Source: Ranitomeya imitator (lineage: Eukaryota). Taken from it: a stretch of DNA of 64,000 bases. How positions within the stretch are numbered: the first letter of the stretch is position 1; every line of letters begins with the position of its first letter. The stretch spans positions 43,338,001-43,402,000 of the forward strand of contig NC_091290.1 of the NCBI RefSeq assembly GCF_032444005.1, read 5' to 3'. A model generated the notes under the pieces. The model had not been told where the DNA came from, ran no database searches, and was given only the letters and a program-made list of their open reading frames with translations. The position numbers and the translations under genes were made by a program. Below are positions 1-12,293 of the stretch, in pieces.

Positions 1-345
1 GCAGGTTGCTAATAGATCCATATATTGGATCATAGACATAGTATTACGATTCTGTATATGATACATAGGTCCATAGGTTATTTCCGGACATGGCATTTCC
101 TCTTCATTGGTATGTGACCTCATTGCAGTACTGTGTGGGTTAAAGGGATAGCCTTTAGTGTCCTTATTTTATGTACGTGTTTGTATGTGTGTTTTCAGTG
201 TCTCAATAAAATTTTGTACTTTTTAACGTTGTATTTTGAACGCTCCTTTTTTCTCCTGATTGATCCGATTGCTATTTGGAGCAGGATTTGGTAGTGTCCA
301 GGACATGGTTTCTGGACACCTTGCATTATGAGTCTGGGTTTATAC

Positions 346-1297
346 ATACTGTAATACAGTGGGCCTGATTTATTCACTAGTCTCCCATATAAAAAAGGGG
401 AGATTAATATTGGCAAATCTGTGCATCTGTGCCAGTCCTGTCTGTGGTATCTGTCAGTCATTTTCTGCCACAGAAACTATACTGTAATACAGTGGGCCTG
501 ATTTATTCACTAGTCTCCCATAAAAAAGGGGAGATTAATATTGGCAAATCAGTGCATCTGTGCCAGTCCTGTCTGTGGTATCTGTCAGTCATTTTCTGCC
601 ACAGAAACTATACTGTAATACAGTGGGCCTGATTTATTCACTAGTCTCCCATATAAAAAAAGGGGAGATTAATATTGGCAAATCAGTGCATCTGTGCCAG
701 TCCTGTCTGTGGTATCTGTCAGTCATTTTCTGCCACAGGAACTATACTGTAATACAGTGGGCCTGATTTATTCACTAGTCTCCCATGTATAAAAAAGGGG
801 AGATTAATATTGGCAAATCTGTGCATCTGTGCCAGTCCTGATTGTGGTATCTGTCAGTCATTTTCTGCCACAGACACTATACTGTAATACAGTGGGCCTG
901 ATTTATTCACTAGTCTCCCATATAAAAAAAGGGGAGATTAATATTGCCTAATCTGTGCATCTGTGCCAGTCCTGTCTGTGGTATCTGTCAGTCATTTTCT
1001 TCCACAGAAACTGTACTGTAATACAGTGGGCCTGATTTATTCACTAGTCTCTCATATAAAAAAAGGGAGATTAATATTGGCAAATCTGTGCATCTGTGCC
1101 AGTCCTGTCTGTGGTATCTGTCAGTCATTTTCTGCCACAGAAACTATACTGTAATACAGTGGGCCTGATTTATTCACTAGTCTCCCATATAAAAAGGGGA
1201 GGTTAATATTGCCTAATCTGTGCATCTGTGCCAGTCCTGTCTGTGGTATCTGTCAGTCATTTTCTGCCACAGAAACTGCACTGTAATACAGTGGGCC
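346..1297. repeat. Tandem repeat, ~133-bp unit, 7 copies plus a partial
   Basis: The unit TACTGTAATACAGTGGGCCTGATTTATTCACTAGTCTCCC...GCCACAGAAAC recurs about every 133 bp. Units differ mainly in poly-A length. Confidence 0.95.
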
Positions 1298-1298
1298 A

Positions 1299-2731
1299 GT
1301 ATATACCTGTATGTCATCTCCTCCTGTATATAGTATATACCTGTGTGTCATCTCCCCTGTATATGGTATATATGTGTGTCATCTCCCCTGTATATAGTGT
1401 ATATCTGTGTGTCATCTCCTCCTATATATAGTATATACCTGTGTGTCATCTTCCCTGTATATAGTATATACCTGTGTGTCATCTCCCCTGTATATAGTAT
1501 ATATCTGTATGTCATCTGTTCCTGTATATAGTATATACCTGTGTGTCATCTCCTCTGTATATAGTATATATCTGTATGTCATCTTCTCCTGTGTTAGACC
1601 GCGTTCACACATTATTTGGTCTGTATTTTTACCTCAGTATTTGTAAGCTAAATTGGCAGCCTGATAAATCTCCAGCCAACAGGAAGCCCTCCCCCCTGAC
1701 AGTATATATTAGCTCACACATACACATAATAGACAGGTCATGTGACTGACAGCTGCCGTAGTTCCTATATGGTACATTTGTTGTAGTTTGTCTGCTTATT
1801 AATCAGTTTTTTATTTTTGAAGAATAATACCAGACTTGTGTGTGTTTTAGGGTGAGTTTCATGTGTCAAGTTGCGTGTGTTGAGTTGCATGTGGCTACAT
1901 GCATGTAGCGACTTTTGTGAGATGAGTTTTGTGTGTCGACATGCGTGTAGCAAGTTTTTGTATGTCGAGTTGCATGTGACAGGTTAGTGTAGCAAGTTGT
2001 GTGCAGCAAGTTTTGCGCATGGTGAGTTTTGCACGTGGCGAGTTTTATGTGTGGTTCGTTTTGAGTATGTGCAAGTTTTGTGTGAGGCAACTTTTGCATG
2101 TGTTGCAACTTTTGTGCATGTTGCAATTTTTCCGCGTGTGCAAGTTTTGCGTGTGGCGAGTTTTTCATGAGGTGAGTTTTGCACGTGTGGCGAGTTTTGC
2201 GTGAGCCTAGTTTTGCATGTGGCGAATATTGCGCGTGGCGAGTTTGGATGGGCGACTTTTGTGTTTCAACTTTTATGTGGCGAGGTTGGTGTATGTGTGG
2301 TGAAATGTGTGCTGAGGGTGGTATATGTGTTCAAGCACGTGGAAGTGTGTGGCGCATTTTGTGTGTGTGTTCATATCCCCGTGTGTGGTGAGTATCCCAT
2401 GTCGGGGCCCCACCTTGGCAAATGTACGGTATATACTCTTTGGCGCCATCGCTCTCAATCTTTAAGTCCCCCTTGTTCACATCTGGCAGCTGTCAATTTG
2501 CCTCCAACACTTTTCCTTTCACTTTTTCCCCATTATGTAGATAGGGGCAAAATTGTTTGGTGAATTGGAACATGCGGGGTTAAAATTTCGCCTCACAACA
2601 TAGCCTATGACGCTCTCGGGGTCCAGACGTGTGACTGTGCAAAATTTTGTGGCTGTAGCTGCGACGGTGCAGATGCCAATCCCAGACATACACACACACA
2701 TACACACACACATTCAGCTTTATATATTAGA
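1299..2731 (-). mobile_element. Non-autonomous Helitron-like element; 5' end present, 3' end not found; contains a ~33-bp minisatellite (1299-1592)
   Basis: The minus strand starts A|TCTAATATATAAAGCTGAATGTGTGTG, i.e. 5'-TC followed by a microsatellite, as in the other Helitrons here. There are about 9 copies of GTATATACCTGTGTGTCATCTCCCCTGTATATA. Confidence 0.6.
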
Positions 2732-3583
2732 TTATTTTCAGTAACAGCGCGGTCATCTGCTGAGGTTCTCCTACACTATTAGGGTGCCTCACCCAGTTGT
2801 AATCAAGGTTACCTGGTTAGGGGCCCATTCACAAGCTTCCCCCCCTGAACCAAAACCCTAGCTACGCCTTTGCTCTTACTGTTCAAAAAATATGTTATGC
2901 AGCAGTTGAGGTGTTTATTAGAAGAAGAAATAATGCACTCTAATTGTACATGGTTCACTGTGTCTTTTCTATTTTACAGCCTTATAATTCGTCCTTAACC
3001 TTATGTAACAATACAGAGCATTGGGATTGTAAGTGAATCAGCAGGATTTCACACCTTAAACTATTAATATGCACATGTAGCTCTTTCAAAGACAAGTCCA
3101 GCAATACCTTTACATGGCGAGTCCATTCCTCCATTACTGAGAAATCAGTGTTTGATTTGATATGGAAATGAGACTAAACCTGTGTCACTCCAGCTCTTTT
3201 ACCTGCCCAGCGCCACCTTCTCCTGCTTGCCTAAAAGCCTGTATGCTATGTCACTTCAGGTAAAGAAGCCATCAGTCAAGCAGGAGGAGGCGGCCCTGGG
3301 TGGGGAATAGAGCTGGAGTGACACAGGTTTCAGATCTACAAATAGCTCTTCATCTTCATTTGCATATCAAGTCAAATGCTGATTTTACAGTAATGGAGGA
3401 ATGTACTGGCCATGTACATATTCTGCTGGACTTGTCCTTCCAAGAGCTACATGCATATATATTAATAGTTTGGAAGTTTAAATTCTGCTGACATATTTCC
3501 TTCAATTTATTATACTTTATAAGTGATCATATTCAATAACAATAGAAAAAAATGTTAAAAGAAAAAAACAACAGCTTTTACTA

Positions 3584-4639
3584 TCATTTGTACCATGCTC
3601 CAAGTTTTGAAATAGTTTTGTTTGGCGGAGCCTCTTTTAGTGCTTTACAAACCCTGCAGTAATGAGTCCGCCAATTACCACCTGGAGAGGGATGAAGTCT
3701 GGATCTCCATGAAAAATACTGTTGGTAAGCTTTCTCATCACCGTCTAACTTCAAGATATATTTAGCGAGCTCTTCAGCTGTGGAGAAGTCATCTACGTGG
3801 ATAAAAGAGTCTTTTGGAATAAAGCGTTCATAATTTTTCCGAGTAGGACCAAGAACAACTGGTACGCATCCAAACGACAATGCGTTCTTCCAAAGTTTCT
3901 CTGTAATATAGTCTTCATGAATAGAATTTTCAAAGGCGAGATAAAACTTGTACTGTGACAACGTTTGTCCATGTTTATTTTTTGGCAGAGGTAAATGCTG
4001 CCTTCCATAAACGTCTACAGATAGAAATTTCTTTAGTTCCTGATAGTAGCGTACTCTTTTAGAACCTGGATTCCAGTTACTTATTGCCCAGGCCACCAGC
4101 TTAGTCTTTGGAGGAATTTGGAAGGTATCTTCTTCTTTATTTGGATCTAACCAACCATAAGGTGAGAAAATATCTGAGTCAGCTCTGTAAGACATTGTGA
4201 GGTTGATAAGATCATCCATAAAATGCAAATTTGGGCTATGTGATGGAGACTCCATGTTAAACCAAACCCAGTACTGATTTGGTGGTCTTGGCATCTGGGG
4301 TAATTGTTTTCTGGAATTACAAACATCTCTGTGATGCATAACAATTGCATCTGCGGAAGAATATAATGATATGTTAGTTGTATAAAAGCAGCCAGAAAAA
4401 TCAATGTATGGGGGACATTCATTAAGTGGAAATTTTTCACCAAATGGCCACGTCCAAAGAAGGATGATCTTAGTATTGTTAGCTGTTTCCTGGGGGATAC
4501 TTGTATATGAAAACTTACTGCTAACCAATGAGCGATTTGCATAGTTATAGAGTGAAAAGAAAATGGTTGAGAGGAACAGTTGTGCAATCAAAATGATAAA
4601 AGCATTCCTGTATGTCAGAGTTTTCCCTTGTTGCTCCAT
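3584..4639 (-). CDS. Alpha-1,3-fucosyltransferase (GT10, FUT3/5/6-like), copy 1, 351 aa, single coding exon
   Basis: N-terminal TM segment, LLWTWPFG, HHRD, and the GT10 motif YKFYLAFENSIHEDYITEKLWKNAL. Splice acceptor (TTTTTCATCTACAG) at 4697-4696. An in-frame upstream ATG at 4693 could add 18 aa. Confidence 0.95.
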   Translation of the reverse strand: MEQQGKTLTYRNAFIILIAQLFLSTIFFSLYNYANRSLVSSKFSYTSIPQETANNTKIILLWTWPFGEKFPLNECPPYIDFSGCFYTTNISLYSSADAIVMHHRDVCNSRKQLPQMPRPPNQYWVWFNMESPSHSPNLHFMDDLINLTMSYRADSDIFSPYGWLDPNKEEDTFQIPPKTKLVAWAISNWNPGSKRVRYYQELKKFLSVDVYGRQHLPLPKNKHGQTLSQYKFYLAFENSIHEDYITEKLWKNALSFGCVPVVLGPTRKNYERFIPKDSFIHVDDFSTAEELAKYILKLDGDEKAYQQYFSWRSRLHPSPGGNWRTHYCRVCKALKEAPPNKTISKLGAWYK

Positions 4640-5160
4640 TTGTTTAGGCAGAATCAATGGAGGAGCTTGTATCTGGAGATGAAACTGAATCATACCTGTA
4701 GATGAAAAACAAAATATATTTATGTCACAAAACCATTGCTGCAAATTATTATTTATTTTTAATTTTAGAAGGTTCAGCTTCTTTTTATACTAGAGATTTA
4801 TCTCATCTTGATAACCCCCTTTGTGTTTCATTGGTGCATGTATATGTTGTATAGGAGGACCCCTGCTCGGGATCCTCTCTTTCAGCCATAGACCAATAAG
4901 AAGGAAACTGAACATATGGTCAAAGAACAAAGAGTATGACGATAGAATTAAGGCTAAAATACCTTTTATTAGTGAGAGTAGGAAGAAGTAGCACTACATG
5001 CATAAAAAGGTGCCCGCACAAGTTAATAAAAAAGGAAATGAAATATGATTATACATAACAATAATAATACCTTAAAAACCGAACCAAAAGGTAATGGATG
5101 GGAAGATAATATATAAATATATTAGCATAAATAGCAGAGTAATTAGCAATTTATAAGAAA

Positions 5161-6748
5161 CTAGATGATGTCCCGATTCTAACGCATCGGGTATTCTAGA
5201 ATATGTATGTAGCGAAGCGTGGTTCAAATCCCACGCCAATCCGCGGCCGGACTGTGTCTGTCGCTGATTGTTCGCAGCCGGCCGTGCGTGACCAACCAGT
5301 GAAGCCAGGGAAGGCTCCAGGTTTTTGAGGGCCCCAGGTGAAAGAGCCTCACAGCTCACGTAGCATATAACACAGATATAGCATAGCCACGTAGTATATA
5401 GCACAGCCACTTAGTATATTGCACAGCCGTGTAGTATATTGCACAGCCACAAGGTATATAGCACAGCCACGTAGTATATTTCACAGCCTCTTAGTATATT
5501 GCACAGCCACATAGTATATTTCACAGCCACGTAGTATATAGCACAGCCCACGCAGTATATAACACAGCCATGTATTATATAGCACAGCCCACGTAGTATA
5601 TAGCACAGCCCACGCAGTATATAACACAGCCCAAGCAGTATATAACACAGCGCATGTAGTATATAGCACAGCCCACGTAGTATATAACACAGCCCACGTA
5701 GTATATAACACAGCCACGTAGTATATAGCACAGCCACGTAGTATATTGTACAGCGACATAGTATATAACACAGCCCATGTAGTATTTAACACAGACCATG
5801 CAGTATTTAACACAGCCCGTGCAGTATATCACAGAGCCCGCGCAGTATATAACACAGCCCATGTAGTATATAACACAGCCAACGCAGTATATAACACAGC
5901 CCATGCAGTATATAGCACAGCCCATGTAGTATATAACACAGCCACGCAGTATATAGCACAGCCCACGTAGTATATAGCACAGCGATGTAGTATATAACAC
6001 AGTCCATGCAGTATTTAATACAGCCCACACAGTATTTAACACAGCCCATGCAGTATATAACACAGCCCACGTAGTATGTAACACAGCTCACATAGTATAT
6101 AGCAATGTGGGCACCATATTCCTGTTAAAAAAAGAATTAAAATAAAAAGAAGTTATATACTCACCTTCCGGCGGCCCCCGGATTCAGCCCAGGCGTTGAG
6201 CAATGCTCCTCGTGACGCTCCTTTCCCAGTAATGCCTTGCGGCAATAACCTGTGATGATGTAGCGGTCTCGCGAGACTGCTACATCATCTGGGGTCATTG
6301 CCGCAATGCATTCTTGGGACCGGAGCGTCGCGATGAGCGGGAATGGCTGTCGCGGACACCGGAAGGTGAGAATATAACGATTTTTTTAATAATTATTTTA
6401 ACAATATATGTTTTTACTATTGATGCTGCATAGGCAGCATCAATAGTAAAAAGTTGGTCCCACTTACAGGGTTAATGGCAGCGTTAATGGACTGCGTTAC
6501 ACCGCTTTATGCCGCAGTGTAACGCAGTCCATTTAACGGACTGCTAAAATGCTATGTGGGAGGGGAGTATGGAGGGGCACTGGCTGGAGGGGAGTAGGGA
6601 GGGGCCAATTCACAGCTGGACTGTGCCTGTCGCTGATTGGTCACGCCCAGCCGGCCACGACCAATCAGCGACGCGGGATTTCCGTGACAGACAAACAGAC
6701 AGACAGACAAACAGACGGAAGTGGACCTTAGACAATTATATATATCGA
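5161..6748 (-). mobile_element. Non-autonomous Helitron, complete
   Basis: Minus strand: 5'-TC start; 3' hairpin CCCGAT-GCGTTAGA-ATCGGG then CTAG. Inserted between A and T with no TSD. The empty site AAGAAA|TAAC is seen at ~13575. Internal 21-22-bp minisatellite at 5375-6095. Confidence 0.9.
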
Positions 6749-6792
6749 TAACAAAACCCACAAGAAAAGATGGCTCACAGTATAAGTGTAAC

Positions 6793-7760
6793 TGCAGCGC
6801 CCCAGAGACCTGGTCGTTGCAGTAATGTCGCTCTGCCACTAAGGAGGGTGATGTTATGTCTGATTGCACTAAAGGAGTTCATCTGACCAGGTATCACAGC
6901 ACACATTACTCCTCACACTGGTAAAACTAGGGGTTGGATAGGAAGTTAGGCAGAACGCAGCCTGGGAGAGCTCCAGGGAGGATCTGTCAGAACTGGGAAT
7001 CTGGCAGGTACCTAGCCGAAAGGACAGATTGCTACGGAACCGCGCCTGCACTACCTTGCGGCAGTATCTAAAGAAAGGACATGAAACGAAGGATATTGTG
7101 GACAGTGAGAAAAGAGATCAAATACAAAGGAGAGCCAGTAGGAGTCGTGCCCCGAGAATGGCAACATCTTACTGAGGCGCGTAGCCGGTGGCCGGAGCAC
7201 CGGGGAAGTAACAATCTCCACGCATTACTTCAAACAGCGGCAGGACAGTTAATTACAGGTTGGCTGTCTACCATACATCACCTAAGAAGGACATAGGAGG
7301 CAATCGTGGGAGAGGGGCATCGCTAGGGTCCCAGAATAACTCCAGGCCTACCTGTCAGAAAGGTGCATCCTAGCCATATTATCTGGGGGACGGAGAGAGA
7401 GAAAGAACTAGAACGAGAACAGAAGTTGTGAGGACTATCCCGAATGCTCAGCAGGGAAGAACTACAACACACAGGCGCTAGTTGGTAGGCACTGATTTCC
7501 ACCTGCAAAGGGAACTCTGGATGTGCCTTCAGACCGGCCGGTCTCAGACAGCCCTGTTGACAGTGCTTTGGATTGAGGATCCTGAAGCCTTCAGTAAAAG
7601 GTAAAGAGACTGCAACCCTGTGTCCTCGTTATTCCTCGCACCTTGCACCACGCACCATCACCTTTCATTGGACGCCCCTTAGCAGGGTCACGGACCGGGT
7701 CCAGCCACCGTGGTAACCCCGTATTGAGTACCCCGTGGCCCTGTGTCTGGGGGCGCTTCA
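6793..7760 (+). mobile_element. 5' LTR of Gypsy element A
   Basis: Termini TGCAGCGCCCC...GGGGCGCTTCA. Followed by PBS TGGCGTCATGAACAGGAT, one mismatch from the complement of the tRNA-Ser(CGA) 3' end. Homology to the FUT flank stops exactly at 6792. Confidence 0.9.
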
Positions 7761-7827
7761 ACTTGGCGTCATGAACAGGATCTACTTAAGCCTGAAGAAT
7801 CAGGTCATGTGTGCCTTGGAACTGTGA

Positions 7828-9111
7828 TTGAACTGTGACTTATTGCAAAGACTGTGCCACCAAAAATCCGCCATTGCCGCGCCGTGTGGAGCGCGAGGGG
7901 AGGAGCCAGCTGGAAAAGAGCACAGAGCTGAAGAGGGCGGTAAGATGCCGACCCCGGAAGGAGAACCTCAACCCCGACAGGTTAGCAAGGGGGGAAGAAC
8001 GGCCATGTCAGATCCCGGAGGAGCGGAGGCGGCGGCCACAGCTGCAGACTCGGGAGCACTTCTAGATTCCGTGGTAGACGCAGCCACGGGTCTGATCTCA
8101 CCGCCGGATGCCGCGGGGCCTGCCGCTCCCATCAACCAGCCGGATACTGCCGCCGCTACAACAGCCATAATGTCCTTCTCTATGCCGTACCTACCAGGGG
8201 CCGCCTGGCTCCCACGATACTTCGGAGAAGCTCATACGTTAACTGACTTTAAAGAGGGGATTTGTAACCTGCTCGCGTTTTATCCCTTGACGGAGCCTCA
8301 GAAAGTTCATATGATAACCGGCCAACTCTTTGGAGCGGCATTGAGGGAAGTGAAGTCCTGGCCCGCTGCAGACAAGAAAACTGCGCAACAGGTATTTGCA
8401 AAGCTTAAAACCACCTTTGACACCCGCACCGCTACGGAAATTAAATTGACGTTCTATGGGTGCAAGCAGAGCCCGCAGGATAGCTTACAGGACTATGCCC
8501 TTAATCTTCAGGAGGCGCTGCGGGCCATCAAGCAAAGTGACCCAAACAGCATGCAAGATGAAGATAAACTCCTGAAGGAGCGGTTCGTCGAAGGGCTCCT
8601 GTGCAGTAACCAAAGGGCCCAGCTACACTTCCTGGCCATGCAGAACCCAGACCTGACTTTTGCACAATTCAAAGATAAAGCTATCCAGACACTACCAGAG
8701 CGACAGCCCAGCCGCGCCACACTTCCCAGGCGTCAAGCCCTCACGTACCACCAGGAGAAGGCGCCGGACGCACCCGTCTCCGCCGAGGCCGATGCTCAGA
8801 TCCTGGAAGACGACTCCGCTGCAGGACTGCGCCTCCAGGTACAGGAACTGACCAGGAGCGTTGCTGCCCTAGCCCGGACCGTCCAGTCCCTACAGGAGGC
8901 CCCCAAGGAGAAGATCCAGCTGGCTTCCAGACCGGAAGATGTCCTCTGGCAGCGACCAAGGAGAGTTCCATCGACCAGAGGCAGAGACGATGATCATTTT
9001 CATCGGGATGGATGACCTATCTGCCGCCGCTGCCACCAGGTGGGCCATCTTGCAAGGTACTGTCAGTTAAACGAGCAACCCCTGGGGCCAAGGGCCGACC
9101 CCCAGGAGTAG
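7828..9111 (+). pseudogene. Gypsy A gag with premature stop
   Basis: Retrotransposon gag-like ORF. The CCHC knuckle (CRRCHQVGHLARYC) lies in frame just after TGA at 9013-9015, probably CGA>TGA; the next stop is TAG at 9109-9111. Confidence 0.85.
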
Positions 9112-11031
9112 AACGCCAAGGCCCACAATGGAGAGCCAAATACATCGGGGGGCATCCAGTTCTCCCCATCGTGATCGACGGTATCCCCATGAACGCTTTG
9201 CTGGACACTGGTTCCCAGGTGACAACTATGCCTTACATTCTTTATAGACGTTATTGGGAGGACACCGACATTACCCGTGCCCCCGATGATGATTTCACCA
9301 TAATAGCTAGTAATGGCCAGCCGCTGCCGCAAGTGGGGTATAAAGAGGTCACTATTAAGGTGGGGCGGGTAGAATTGGAGGCCCAAGGAATTGTCATTGT
9401 TGATATTGACCGACGCGAATGTAACCCCATGATGACCATCGGTACTAATGTCATAGAAAATTGTCTTGCAGAAGTTATTGTCTTGTTGCAGCAAGTAGCA
9501 GAGGCAGCTGGTTACAGTGAACAACGTGCCTTGCAGAAAGAAATCAGAGCCCTAATGCGGAGACAGCAGGTGGAGCTGACTGGTGGTGAAATTGGCCGGG
9601 TCACAGTGAGTGATTCGAACCCCATTGCAATACCCCCCAGGAGTGAAATGTTAATATGGTGTCGGGCAGCCATAGGCCTCGGGGGTAAAGACTATCAGGC
9701 CCTGGTAGAACCTGTGTATTCGGAGAATAGGCCTACCCTCCTGACAGCCAGAGGGGTGGTTGACGTTCGCAAAGGGAGGGTGCCGGTACGTGTTCTTAAC
9801 TGCGGGGAGGAGGAAGTCCACCTAACCAAATATGTTACACTTGCCAAGCTGTTTACTGTTAATAATAGTGTGATACAGGCACCCGGGCCCTTGGCTCCGT
9901 GCAAGTTGGTGGAGGACAACGGCTCTGCAGAGCAATCAAAGGATTGGTGTCAAGAATTACATGTGGGCACTGATGCTACTCCATCTCACCAGATACAGGG
10001 GGCCTACAGGGTGGTTCACGAGTATGAGCGGGTATTCAGCAAACACCCCCTTGATTTTGGGCGGGTAAAAGGGATTCAACATCACATCCCCACAGGAGAT
10101 CACCCACCCGTAAAAGAAAGATACCGTCCTGTACCCCCAGCTCATTATCAGTGTGCCAAGGACATGTTGTGAGAGATGAAGGAGGCTGGGGTAGTGAGAG
10201 ACAGCTGTAGCCCCTGGGCAGCTCCATTAGTCATCGTTAGGAAGAAAGATGGCACCATGAGGATGTGTGTGAATTATAGGCAATTAAACCGCATTACACA
10301 TAAGGACGCATACCCCCTGCCTAGGATAGAGGAGTCCTTGGCTGCGTTAAAGTCTGCTTATTACTTCTCTACCTTAAGGTACCTTCACACTGAACAATAT
10401 TACAACGATAACGATAGCGATCCGTGACGTTGCAGCGTCCTGGATAGCGATATCGTTGTGTTTGACATGCAGCAACGATCAGGATCCTGCTGTGACATCG
10501 CTGGTCGGAGCTAGAAGGCCAGAACTTTATTTCGTCGCTGGATCAGCCGCTGACATCGCTGAATCGGCTTGTGTGACGCCAATCCAGCGATGTGTTCACT
10601 GGTAACCAGGGTAAACATCGGGTTACTAAGCGCAGGGCTGCGCTTAGTAACCCGATGTTTACCCTGATTACCATTGTAAATGTAAAAAAAAAAAAAAGCA
10701 CATACTCACATTCTGGTGCCTGTCACGTCCCCCGGCGTCCGCTTCCCTGCACTCCTCCTGCATCCTGTGTCAGCGCCGGCCAGCCGTGAAGCAGAGCACA
10801 GCAGTGACGTCACCGCTCTGCTTTACGGCCGGCGCTTAGTAACCCGATGTTTACCCTGGTTACCCGGGGACTTCGGCATCGTTGGTCGCTGGAGAGCTGT
10901 CTGTGTGACAGCTCTCCAGCGACCACACAAGGACTTTCCAACGATTACGGCTAGGTCGTATCGCTGGTCGTGATCGTTGGAAAGTTGCTGAGTGTGACGG
11001 TACCTTTAGATCTCACCAGTGGGTACTGGCA
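9012..11031 (+). pseudogene. Gypsy A pol (protease and start of RT), disrupted
   Basis: Protease motif LLDTGS. In-frame TGA at 10170-10172. RT motifs SPWAAPLVIVRKKDG and YFSTL|DLTSGYWQ are split by a MITE, and the RT is truncated at ~11031. Confidence 0.9.
10377..11005. mobile_element. Harbinger-type MITE inserted in Gypsy A RT
   Basis: TIR AGGTACCTTCACACT / AGTGTGACGGTACCT, TTA TSD (10374-10376 and 11006-11008). Removing it restores TACCTTAGATCTC (TL-DL). Internal ~70-bp hairpin at 10600-10672. Confidence 0.93.
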
Positions 11032-11617
11032 GACCTGAAGAGGAGAGGATTTCTTCATCCATCACGTCCGTTTGGCAAGGGGTTCTTGATAAATTAAAGA
11101 GGATGGATTCCAGGTATAAGAATGCGGCTGATCGGAGACGTGTGGAAGGTCCGGACCTGTATGTGGGTGATTGGGTTTGGTCGTCCTCGAAAAAAATTAA
11201 GCTGAGCGTTCCCTCATGGAAATTGGGCCCTAGGTTCATTGGCCCTTATAGGATTGTGGCCATCGTGAATTCAGTTGCTTTTCGGCTGGCTTTGCCTCAG
11301 TCATTTAAGATCCATAATGTTTTTCATCGCTCCTTACTCAAGAAGGTTGTGGCGTCATCCAATCCATCCTCTTCACCTCCATCTCCGGTCCTTGTTGAGG
11401 TAATCTCGAGTTCCAGATTTCCAGGGTTATGGATTCTCGTTTAGCTCATCGGTCCCTACAATATCTGGTACACTGGAGAGAGTACGGTCCTGAGGAGAGG
11501 ACGTGGGTACCTGCTGCCGATGTCCATGCGGTTAGGTTGGTTCGGGCATTTCAAACTGCTCATCCTGAGAAACCTGGTCCTCAGGTTCCAGAGGTCCCTC
11601 GTATAAGGGGGTGGTAC
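11032..11617 (+). pseudogene. Gypsy element B (chromovirus-type), 3' pol fragment: integrase C-terminus and chromodomain
   Basis: KLGPRFIGPYRI (GPF/Y module) and LQYLVHWREYGPEERTWVPA (chromodomain), frameshifted. Purine tract AAGGGGGTGG precedes the LTR. Confidence 0.88.
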
Positions 11618-12293
11618 TGTCACGGGGCTACCGCGACAGAGAGGTTCCAGAGAACTGCAGCGCTCTGGGCCTCGTTCACACACAGTGAACAGAAGCTCTT
11701 CTCCTGTGTTCTGACCTGGCTGCTTTGTGCCAGCAGTGCAGGAGTTAACCTTCTTGCTGAGTTGCTGTGAGCTGGGTCTCTCAGCTGAAGTAGATTTTGG
11801 TAATCTCCTCCTCTATATAGACCCAGCCTTGACTTCAGCTGTTGTCAGTGATCAGTTCTGAGTTCTGTTGCCTGGCTTGGAGGTTGAAGGAGCATAGTAT
11901 TTGGAGCTTAGAGGTTTATTACAGAGATTGGTGTCTGCTGTTTTGTTTGCATGTTAAACCTGTTTTCCTTCCTAGTTTTTTCCTTCTCTTCCCTTCTATG
12001 TGTTTCCTCTGTGGTTGTGTGAGCATTTGGTGAGTTTGAGACTTTTAGTTACCTTGTCTGTATACCCTGTTTATTGTTGTGTATATACACTGGTGCAGTC
12101 CTCCTCCCCGGGGGGAAGAGGGGGCCACTGATAGGGCCTGCACAGGAGACAGGGATACGCTGGCGGCTCAGGCCTCCTAATCATCATAGGTACCCCTGAG
12201 ATAAGGGAAAGTCAGAGCCCCATTATAGTGGCAGGGACAGGTGCGGGTCCCAGTACGCCGTCCTGCCCCTTTATCGCCGTTAACAGCGTGACA
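11618..12293 (+). mobile_element. 3' LTR of Gypsy element B
   Basis: TGTCACG...CGTGACA termini after the PPT. Abuts the FUT copy 2 coding sequence. No similarity to the LTR at 6793-7760. Confidence 0.9.

Noticed and set aside
1-345. Possible Penelope pLTR tail at the window start
   Set aside because: Only composition, an AATAAA and a small hairpin are visible; there is no diagnostic motif inside the window.
429-1431. Repeated 60-68-aa ORFs; CRISPR-like regular spacing
   Set aside because: The units are near-identical along their full length with no unique spacers. This is a eukaryotic tandem repeat, not a CRISPR array or gene family.
5411-6091. Long Y/C/V/A-rich ORFs here and at 40513-41092
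   Set aside because: They are translations of a 21-22-bp Helitron minisatellite, open in several frames, with no domain.
6793-12293. One full-length LTR retrotransposon
   Set aside because: The LTRs are unrelated, there is no TSD, and most of RT, RNase H and the integrase core is missing.
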